From: an uncultured virus (IMG/VR IMGVR_UViG_3300025892_000017)
Taxonomy: Duplodnaviria > Heunggongvirae > Uroviricota > Caudoviricetes > Crassvirales
Strand: one strand, 5' to 3'
DNA length: 64,000 bases
Virus record (IMG/VR): IMGVR_UViG_3300025892_000017
Shown: one piece after another, positions 38,201 to 45,659 of the stretch
How the letters are laid out: every line of letters begins with the position of its first letter
Numbering within the stretch: the first letter of the stretch is position 1
Notes under the pieces: generated by a model
What the model was told of the DNA's origin: nothing
The model's database searches: none
The model's input: only the letters and a program-made list of their open reading frames with translations
Translations under genes and position numbers: made by a program

Positions 38201-41200
38201 AGGGTTGCTGGGCCTGAATTTACAGGGACTATAAACTCAAGGTATATCATGACGCTTGACGGTTTAGTTTCTTTAAACATCCCTCAACTTCAACCTTCTA
38301 GATCTTTTATCCCTCTTATGCAAGGGGAGCCTACCTTAGGATTAGGGGCGGGTTCAAACCTTAATGATTTTCCTTACTCTTATTATTATAGCCAAGGAGC
38401 AGACTGGCCTTTTGTAATAGATTTCCCTCAAAAACATTCTTATATAGAAATATTAAACCTTGCTTTTCTTTATCTACCTGGAGGCGGAACAGCTGTTTTT
38501 GATCAAAACTCTGCAGCAGATAGGACGTTTAAAAGTAACGCTGACCACGACTTCGGAATAATTTATTATGATGAAAGAGGACGACACGGGTTTGTAAACC
38601 ACCTAAAGACGGTTTATGTACCAGGATATTCTGCAGCAGAAAGATTAGGGGCATTGCACGGGAGAAGCATAATAAACTTAACGCTTAATCACGCTCCTCC
38701 TAAATGGGCTTATTATTATAAATTAGCTTATACAAAGAACACTAGTGTACAGAACTTTGTTCAATATTCAGCTGGAGGAGCATTTGTTTTACCCGATAAT
38801 ACAGGGACTGCAAATGTTAGCAGCACTCTTATATATGTATCTTTAAATTACCTGCAAGAAAGCTCTATATCTTATGTTGCTGAATGGGGGGCTAGATCTC
38901 CAGAAGGGGGGCTAAGTATGTTTAAATATATAGATGGGGTTAATCAAAAATTAAGAATAATCTCTGCTTATACCGACAGTGAAAATAGAGATTTCTTTTT
39001 TAACTACGAGTTTGATATTGTTAATATAGTCCTTCTAGGTGAAACAGACAACCCTTTAGGTGGGGATGAAACTGAACCTGAAAAGTTGGGGGAGTTTGTT
39101 GTTTTAAAAAACAATCCTAATGCAGATGGTTTTAATTATGCTTCTGTAGTTGACGGGTCTTCTAAATGGGATAACAACTGTATAATAGAGTTATTTACAC
39201 CCGCTAGAGATAGAGATGAAGAAAGTAGATTTTACTATGAGATAGGTGATACTTATAATGTTAATAATCCAGAGACAGATAGTGCTACTCACAGTATAAC
39301 AGATATCACATTAGATAAAGGCGATGTATGGTGGAGAAGGGTTCCTGTAAATTTAAGGGAATATAGTAGTGGGGATTTTCAAGATTTAATTTTAGACAAC
39401 ACTACTCTGACTGAAAGTAGTTCATCCTCTAACTTTAAACCTTATTATCTAGAGACAGAAACAGCCTCAGATTTATTTAAAGCGGATGCTACACTAATAG
39501 GGAGGCCTAATATAATTCTTGAAGACGCTGTAGAAACTATAAGAGAGGCTAGTATAACATATTCAGGGCAAAGCAACCCTAACTCTAGTAAGATAAACTA
39601 CTCATCATTTAACCTCACTCTATCTAACTTTAAAGATTTACAAGAGGAATTTGGAGATATTAACTATATGTGCAATATGGAGGGGGACGTATTCGTTATA
39701 CAGTCAGATAGATGCACCCTTGTCCCAGCTAGTAAAACCTTATTCTCAGATGTGTCTGGTACCGATACGGTGGCCGCTTCGAAGAGTCCTTTAGGTCAAG
39801 AAAGAGTATTTGCAGGTAGAGCTGGATGTGATAATAACCCAGAGTCTGTAGTACAAGTCGGGGCGTTTGTATACTTCGCTCATAAAAACCTAGGGAAGGT
39901 CTATAGATTTAACCCTTCTAATGGGGTGCAAGAGATCTCAGACCAAGGGATGGCATCTTACTTCAGAGGTATATTTAAAAACGCTATTTCGCAATCAATG
40001 TATTTAAACTACGATGACGTTAGGGTAGTTGGTGGATTCGATCCAGTAAACCAAGAATATCTACTTACCGTTCTAGACCCTTTAACTTACGGGGTTATAC
40101 CAAGTGGTGGATCAGGTGAATTTGGTGGTAACGAAGGTGATGATAGTGCAAGCTCAATAACGGTAAACTCTTTAGAGCAGCAGGTACGTAATATCCTAGA
40201 GGCTATTCTTACTACAGAAGATGACAACGGAAATCTTATATTTAACGAAGCCGATCTTCCAGTTCCTTTGCTAGACTTTTATAAAGGGGAGGAAGATTTA
40301 GACCTTAATGACGACGGGGTGTTTAGTGCTAACGAAGTAACAGATGTTGCAGTTATTAAAAGCGGTTTAGACAGTGGTATAAGCGAGTTGATAGAAGGTA
40401 TTTCTACGTCTTTAACTAATAATGATTTAAGTCTTATACATGATGCGATTACGGATACTTCTGTCCCAGAAACTGTTGATGGTGTAATAAACTATATAAA
40501 CGGTTTAATATCCGCAGGAAACGTTTCAGAAGATGAAGCTCAGCTTTTCCAGCAACATATAAATTCTATTACAGGAGATATTCAAAATCTTATGGGCAAG
40601 TTATCTACTAAAGGGCAATCTTACTTCCCTTATTCTGTTCCAGGTGGTGGTTTTGGTACGATTGCTGGTGCTTTTAATTCTCCATCCGAGTTTATGAATG
40701 TCTTTAAGGATGGTGGGATTTACCCATTGTCGGAGATATTACAAAACGCAAGTGCCGTTTCAGACGCTTTGGAGACGATTCAGTATGCAGTTGCAAATGT
40801 TAATCCTGATCCACGAGGGTTATATGATCCAAGTAGAACAATCTATCAAGGTGACGATCAAATTAGTTACACACCTTTACATTCCATAGATCAGTTGAAA
40901 TTAAATGGGGATTTCTTTACTGGTTTTGCATCAAAGTTAGGGTTGATTATGACAGAAAGCGTTACTGACGATGAAGGCTCCACCCTTAATGTAGCCGAAC
41001 AGTTTATAGCAGATACATTCTTAAGTGCTGTATCAGCAGAGGCTCTTAGTAACATACAGTATAGCGATATTAGCGGTAATCAGGAGTTATTGGCTCTGGT
41101 ATTCGGAAATATTCCACTTGACCAAATTCCTGAAGGTTTAGTTACTATAATAGAAAATGCTTATCTATCAGGAAATGAAAACCTCGATTATGCCCCAAGC

Positions 41201-41800
41201 AACCCTCCTTTATCTGCAGCTATCTTAGAAGAGCATAGAGGAGACATTGTTACAGATATAATATATAACTATACTCAAATTTACCCAAGTCTTTTACCTG
41301 GCTTACAAGCGTTTATGACTAACAATAATATCACAAGCCAAAACGATTTGGTTATTTACATTCAGGCGTTGCAAGATAACGAAACAGCGTTAAATAATTT
41401 TATAGACGCTTATTCAGTATCTTCACTGGATGAATTAAGTAATTATATTCAAGGGTTAAGCGCAACTGATCAAAGTGTGCAAAATTTACTAAATTCTATT
41501 GACGGTGTAAATACTATAGGAGATTTACAAGGTTATATAGACAATTTAGCAGCAAACCAAGGTGAAGGGTATAGCTCTTTAGAGATGGCTTTACAAGCGG
41601 AGGGGATAAGTATAAGTCAGCTACGCAATCTTATACAGCAAATTGCTATATCTGAAGGCACAACTACAACTACTGTTATGTCTGATTTAAATACTGACGG
41701 ATCAATCGGGAGTGCTGACTTAATAATGTTTTTAACAACAGTTGGGACGAGTACCAATATAGATTATAGTCAAGGTTACACAGATTTAAATTTAAACTAA
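35237..41800 (+). CDS. Tail stabilisation (P22 gp10-like/muzzle) protein, N-terminal part, with helical extension
   Basis: DALN, YFTDNTNEPRKIN, AQSVVDNRLMYGNY, FGIIYYDERGR, GCDNNPES and GGFDP motifs. Confidence 0.75.
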   Translation: MAIDKITPIRLDKSSDYKLVPKTSMVDALNMLITEDESDGGDVTTGNLGVLKNLKGNQVIEYVSGNGVGGENAKIIGSVTDTKLKIVYFFVWSDNINEHGVYAYDQLGKLPGVGDSAGRIVRIHKSNLYNFPEHGFVKGNIVYTSQSRLNQNPGGPIKPGTEKDFEKDTILYFTDNTNEPRKINVYMAMSNVDNSYSLPDRIDFITACPKTPLTPIVFEFDSDQTRTTSNFKSGPGFQFAYQFISKDGVESAISPYSDIAFSPGIINQGGLTTVNHALHNRCVLTIPEAGAEIESIRILARQFNNPELVVLDEVSNTEGQENWVPNARAYFFYNDRIVRGVSTNEVNKQFDNLPRKAQAQSVVDNRLMYGNYLEGFNNVKIDPPCGDVVSFEERGVELIDLVVKLIPAISEQQWAYNVEYGSDSVDPNNLGVDEPQSDGARNKSAGYIIDCQEMPLDITTGDVFNVSVTISPNNNFHLYQATDSYHQSRHRGAFQQFTEYQVDYSMGPEDGSWDGGDFGGNTGDSTPWVNAEGEDNAFYGHQGLDRSGANWIKDRIPNPILEGEGMYIGGEYDSWGIPYSGNNHGVSGNTVMGVDGTGPDAPKWKTVLGGEAGGIPKRVNFGTSAGNPLIIKGAPLTFSCKIKALANIEGDGRAALSSAISQALTGQAITWGGGGILETVEAETEVIYDLDLDEIDDGKQITEDNYLSKLIVGVVEDEIGGEEGGTIYKAPIGHFIVKKADVMFYLEKDEPFSAINPKFEMLRLCIGGMENVETYSVFKKKFYNSPWFAFSKDYLEDINLEVFFTDTSYGFSSASGAVHGTLFQYDEENTLADWDYIFDNITDQNNPDDLDVNNNFLATPVQIAGLETSFTGESLGDGTPYYTLLNNLAKLQEQRFLGYLDFDQSINQFFRFNKSQYESQPRLSGLKEIFPFSLVDGEGGMGGNLSHNLENGAGSVNLSSHPRRMDFVETLVDSAIAGATQDQLIRTIRVAGPEFTGTINSRYIMTLDGLVSLNIPQLQPSRSFIPLMQGEPTLGLGAGSNLNDFPYSYYYSQGADWPFVIDFPQKHSYIEILNLAFLYLPGGGTAVFDQNSAADRTFKSNADHDFGIIYYDERGRHGFVNHLKTVYVPGYSAAERLGALHGRSIINLTLNHAPPKWAYYYKLAYTKNTSVQNFVQYSAGGAFVLPDNTGTANVSSTLIYVSLNYLQESSISYVAEWGARSPEGGLSMFKYIDGVNQKLRIISAYTDSENRDFFFNYEFDIVNIVLLGETDNPLGGDETEPEKLGEFVVLKNNPNADGFNYASVVDGSSKWDNNCIIELFTPARDRDEESRFYYEIGDTYNVNNPETDSATHSITDITLDKGDVWWRRVPVNLREYSSGDFQDLILDNTTLTESSSSSNFKPYYLETETASDLFKADATLIGRPNIILEDAVETIREASITYSGQSNPNSSKINYSSFNLTLSNFKDLQEEFGDINYMCNMEGDVFVIQSDRCTLVPASKTLFSDVSGTDTVAASKSPLGQERVFAGRAGCDNNPESVVQVGAFVYFAHKNLGKVYRFNPSNGVQEISDQGMASYFRGIFKNAISQSMYLNYDDVRVVGGFDPVNQEYLLTVLDPLTYGVIPSGGSGEFGGNEGDDSASSITVNSLEQQVRNILEAILTTEDDNGNLIFNEADLPVPLLDFYKGEEDLDLNDDGVFSANEVTDVAVIKSGLDSGISELIEGISTSLTNNDLSLIHDAITDTSVPETVDGVINYINGLISAGNVSEDEAQLFQQHINSITGDIQNLMGKLSTKGQSYFPYSVPGGGFGTIAGAFNSPSEFMNVFKDGGIYPLSEILQNASAVSDALETIQYAVANVNPDPRGLYDPSRTIYQGDDQISYTPLHSIDQLKLNGDFFTGFASKLGLIMTESVTDDEGSTLNVAEQFIADTFLSAVSAEALSNIQYSDISGNQELLALVFGNIPLDQIPEGLVTIIENAYLSGNENLDYAPSNPPLSAAILEEHRGDIVTDIIYNYTQIYPSLLPGLQAFMTNNNITSQNDLVIYIQALQDNETALNNFIDAYSVSSLDELSNYIQGLSATDQSVQNLLNSIDGVNTIGDLQGYIDNLAANQGEGYSSLEMALQAEGISISQLRNLIQQIAISEGTTTTTVMSDLNTDGSIGSADLIMFLTTVGTSTNIDYSQGYTDLNLN

Positions 41801-42810
41801 TGGGGAAGTACACAGGAAAAACAATAGCATTTTCACATAAAGGTGGGTTCTGGAAAACCAGATATAGCTACACCCCTACTTGCTATGCGGCTATAGATAA
41901 CGTTATGATAACTAATAATACAGGAACTAGCTACAGTAATGAGTTATTCTGGGAGCATGAGGTTAATCCTACACACAATAATTTCTACGGGGAAGCCTTT
42001 TCTTCTTCTTTAACTATAGTCTCTAATCAAGATCCTAGCGCTGTAAAGATATTTAAGGCTTTATCTTTAGAGAGTAACTCTAATGCTTGGGTAGGGCAGG
42101 CAAGCACACATGTGCATCAACTTCCCGATGGAACTAATGAGCTTCAGTTAGGAAACTTACAAGCCTTTATAACTAAAGAAGGTAATCAATATAGCGAACT
42201 CCCTAGATCTATAACTAATTCTAGCAGTCATATAGAATATGTATGTTCACTAGACAGTATAATCGATGAAGATTCTGAAATATTTAATCCAGAGTTCGAA
42301 ACATTATCTAGCGCTTGGGATGTTTCTGTCTTAACTACTCCAAACGTTGCTATTTTAGGTGGGAGTGGATCGACAGCTTTGTTTGTAGATAGTGCTAACG
42401 ATGCTTACTATTTAACTGTTTCTGATAATATTTGGGGGTTATCTCTATTTACAGCAGATTCTTCAGTAAACGGTGCTGCATATATTTATAATTACAACAG
42501 CGATGATACTATAACATTTTCTGTAATCGCGCAAATTAATGCTGAACTTTTTATTGATGCAATAAGCCTTGCGTTTGAGAACACTGGTAACTGGAGTAAC
42601 GGTATTCAACTTTTTAGCGCTTCAGATCCAGCTATAAACGGGGATCCTATGAGAGGGCAATATTTAAGATTGGATTTAGTCAATAACTCAACTACCCCTG
42701 TAGAAACATACGCTATAAACGTAGACTTCGAGAATACCAAGTTAGACCATAGTAAAGTAGCGAAGAAGAAAACTACTGGTAATAAAAAGGCCTCCCCTAC
42801 TAAAAAGTAA
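41800..42810 (+). CDS. Probable C-terminal part of the tail stabilisation protein, encoded separately
   Basis: TIAFS..GFWKTRYSYTP, HE...NNFYG, KIFKALSLES, KEG and GDPMRGQY. Confidence 0.6.
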   Translation: MGKYTGKTIAFSHKGGFWKTRYSYTPTCYAAIDNVMITNNTGTSYSNELFWEHEVNPTHNNFYGEAFSSSLTIVSNQDPSAVKIFKALSLESNSNAWVGQASTHVHQLPDGTNELQLGNLQAFITKEGNQYSELPRSITNSSSHIEYVCSLDSIIDEDSEIFNPEFETLSSAWDVSVLTTPNVAILGGSGSTALFVDSANDAYYLTVSDNIWGLSLFTADSSVNGAAYIYNYNSDDTITFSVIAQINAELFIDAISLAFENTGNWSNGIQLFSASDPAINGDPMRGQYLRLDLVNNSTTPVETYAINVDFENTKLDHSKVAKKKTTGNKKASPTKK

Positions 42811-42823
42811 CCCCTTTTTGTAG

Positions 42824-42831
42824 TATTTTTG
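42824..42831 (+). promoter_or_regulatory. Bacteroidota-type -7 promoter element (TATTTTTG)
   Basis: TAnnTTTG ahead of the ejection-protein genes. Confidence 0.5.
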
Positions 42832-42858
42832 TACAAACTGTAATAACATGAAAAATTA

Positions 42859-44010
42859 ATGTACGATCAAGATGGAAATTACATTGGGAATGCTGGGTTT
42901 AACTATAACACCCCTACTTACACCCCTCAAAATTTTGACTTTAGCGGTGGTAGCAGCGGTGGTAGCAGTGGTGGTAACAGATCTTTTAACGCAAGTGCTG
43001 AGGATTGGAATGCTATAGGTACAGGATTATCTACTTTCGGGAGCGGGATGGCCGATTTGTTTACCTCTCAAGCTGGAATAGATAGACAGAAAGGCTTTAG
43101 AAAGGACGCTAAGTTTGATATAGATAAGTTCTATAAAGACTTCGAGGCGGGGAAGTACGACGCTAAGATGAACCAGAAGATGCTTGATGCCTTTAGTGTA
43201 GGGCGACAAGGCTTAGATATCAATCCTTCTTTAGCAGCACAAGCAACTTCATTAGACTCAGCTCAAAACGATCCTAGAACGATGGCAGCTGTTTTACCTG
43301 GGTTGAATACTTCTGCTACACAAGGGTTGCAAGGGTTGCAGCAACAAGAATTTCAAAACGAGCTTGGTTCGAGGATGACTGAAGGGCAGGCTTATCAAGG
43401 ATTAGATGCTGATAACTTAGCTTTCTCAAGAGGAGTTTACGGGCAGAAACTACAAGGAGACCAAGCGGCATACGCTCAAGCTCAACAGAATATAGAAGCT
43501 TTGAAGGCAGCTAAAGCAGCAGCACCTTACAATATGATAGCTGGGGGATTACAAACCGCAGCTGGAATTTACGGGGGGTTTGCAGAGGATGGGATGAAGA
43601 TACCAGAGTATCAAGAAGGAGGTGACGTAATGCAACAGATACTAGCCTCTCAAGGGCAAGAGCAAGGTGGTGTACCACCAAGACAAGACCTTCCAGGAGA
43701 AGAGAACCACGAGTCTAACCCTATAAGCATGGTTGCTCCAGATGGAAAAGTCGTAGGGGAAGCTACAGGAGGGGAGATAATCCTTAACGGAGAACAAACA
43801 GAAGAGATAGAGAGCGCTGTAGCTGTAGTAGATCAAGCTGTAGAAGCAGGTGGGGAACCTCCTATGGAAGCGCTTATGGCTCTTTACGAAGCAGTAAGCA
43901 AGACTTTATCTCAACCACAATTCCAAGACGGACAACAAGATTCACCTGAAGTTGATCCAGATAAAGAAAGAATGATGATGATGTTAGAGGGTGGAGAACA
44001 AATGGCATAA
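42859..44010 (+). CDS. Putative internal virion/DNA-ejection protein
   Basis: G/A/Q-rich amphipathic helices; FAEDGM..EYQEGG; PGEENHESNP...EATGGE motif. Confidence 0.6.
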   Translation: MYDQDGNYIGNAGFNYNTPTYTPQNFDFSGGSSGGSSGGNRSFNASAEDWNAIGTGLSTFGSGMADLFTSQAGIDRQKGFRKDAKFDIDKFYKDFEAGKYDAKMNQKMLDAFSVGRQGLDINPSLAAQATSLDSAQNDPRTMAAVLPGLNTSATQGLQGLQQQEFQNELGSRMTEGQAYQGLDADNLAFSRGVYGQKLQGDQAAYAQAQQNIEALKAAKAAAPYNMIAGGLQTAAGIYGGFAEDGMKIPEYQEGGDVMQQILASQGQEQGGVPPRQDLPGEENHESNPISMVAPDGKVVGEATGGEIILNGEQTEEIESAVAVVDQAVEAGGEPPMEALMALYEAVSKTLSQPQFQDGQQDSPEVDPDKERMMMMLEGGEQMA

Positions 44011-45659
44011 TGGCTAATTACAATTACGTAGCCCCTATACAGTACAAGAGTTATTCAGACATGAATAAAGAGCGCCTTGCTGCGAAAGCGGCAAAGGAGG
44101 CGGCTGGTCTCAAGCAAAAATCTGCAATAGATACACGTAAGCAGAAGTTTTACGATAAGATGACTGGGTATAAAACAGCTGGTTGGTCAGATTATCATAG
44201 GGATGAATATAATATGCAGGTCCAAAGGGCTCTTTCAGAAGTGGCTTTAAGCCCTAACCCTGATTACGCGGGCATATCTAATGCTATTATACGTATGCAA
44301 GAAATAGGGGATAACCACGCAAAGTTAAGAGACGGACAGACTGAATATAACTCTTATATGGGGGAGAACGCACCTAACTACGATGCTGATTTAGATTGGG
44401 GTATGAGTGCTACTCATGATAAAAAAGGGTACGATGAAAGGCTTAGAACATTTAACACATTAGGGTTGTTAAACTATAGTAACGGAAAAGGAGACTTTCC
44501 TAACCCGAACTACGACCCATCAGCTGCAGAAGGTACAGCAGGGAGTTTTAAGTCTATGAGAGATCTACTTAATAGTGAGGGTGTCGAGATACAAGTTTCT
44601 AACGGACGCGAGGTTTACGCTGATGAAAACGGTCAATTAAAACCAATTAGCGGGAGTGCTTTTGATGTAGCTACCGAACAGTTTTCTGGGTTGTGGAACC
44701 CTACCCTAAGCGCTATTAATAATATAACTGCTGAGGATGCCTTTTTTGGTTACTCCAACATGCCAGGGGGAAAAGCTAAATTTGAAAATCATGCCATTAC
44801 TTTAAATAAACAAGTGGGTGATAAGGAGATTACTTATGAAGCTGCTAAAGAAAACTTAAAGGCGGATATATTAAACTACGTCGATCCAGATGGGGTGAGT
44901 CCAGATAGGGCTCTTATATCTTCTGCTATAACAGCTTACAATGAAGATACTGGACAGACTTGGGATGATGCTGGGACTAATGAAGCTTTGATAAACACAT
45001 ATGGTACTCCATGGGATTATTTTGCGGATAAGATGGTAGCTGTAGCTAACCTTGATGATCCAGATGAACCGTCAGGTGGAAGTATGAGCGAGACTATGAG
45101 ACAAAAATGGGCGGCTTTTTATAGTAAGCCTTTAGATACCCCTAACACAAAGTTCACAAGAACGCCAGTAGGTACAGAAGGGTACAATTGGGGGAAAGCT
45201 TTAGAGTACTATGAAGGAGATGTAGATGTATCTAAAATAGTAGGGAAGATAGATGAAGTTGACGAGGATGGAAATATCACAGGGACTAAAACAGGGCTTA
45301 AAGAAGATTTAGGGGAGGGTGTTAGAATAGGTATGGGGCAAGCAGATTTAAAGTATGATAATGTGCCTGTTCAATCAATAGAAATATTTGATGAAAAGAA
45401 TATAGTTATAGTATATGCTAGTGAATACATTATAGGTGATGTTGGTTTAGATGTAGGTGAAGAAGGTAGCCCGTGGAGATATAATCCATTATTCGGTGGA
45501 AGAGTAGGTGTTGCTCCTTTTAGGATAATAAACCTAACAAATCCAGATGGTACCGAGCATGACGATATGGAAACTCTAAGGAACCAATTTCGAAGAACTT
45601 ACGGAGGATCCGACCCCCTTCAACAAAAAATTATAGAAGCAGAACAAGCTAGAGAGTAA
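44010..45659 (+). CDS. Putative internal virion/ejection protein
   Basis: 549 aa; lies between the tail genes and the giant protein. Confidence 0.5.
   Translation: MANYNYVAPIQYKSYSDMNKERLAAKAAKEAAGLKQKSAIDTRKQKFYDKMTGYKTAGWSDYHRDEYNMQVQRALSEVALSPNPDYAGISNAIIRMQEIGDNHAKLRDGQTEYNSYMGENAPNYDADLDWGMSATHDKKGYDERLRTFNTLGLLNYSNGKGDFPNPNYDPSAAEGTAGSFKSMRDLLNSEGVEIQVSNGREVYADENGQLKPISGSAFDVATEQFSGLWNPTLSAINNITAEDAFFGYSNMPGGKAKFENHAITLNKQVGDKEITYEAAKENLKADILNYVDPDGVSPDRALISSAITAYNEDTGQTWDDAGTNEALINTYGTPWDYFADKMVAVANLDDPDEPSGGSMSETMRQKWAAFYSKPLDTPNTKFTRTPVGTEGYNWGKALEYYEGDVDVSKIVGKIDEVDEDGNITGTKTGLKEDLGEGVRIGMGQADLKYDNVPVQSIEIFDEKNIVIVYASEYIIGDVGLDVGEEGSPWRYNPLFGGRVGVAPFRIINLTNPDGTEHDDMETLRNQFRRTYGGSDPLQQKIIEAEQARE

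Noticed and set aside
42943..42975. Short tandem repeat agcggtggtagc...
   Set aside because: Simply encodes an SGGSSGGSSGG linker
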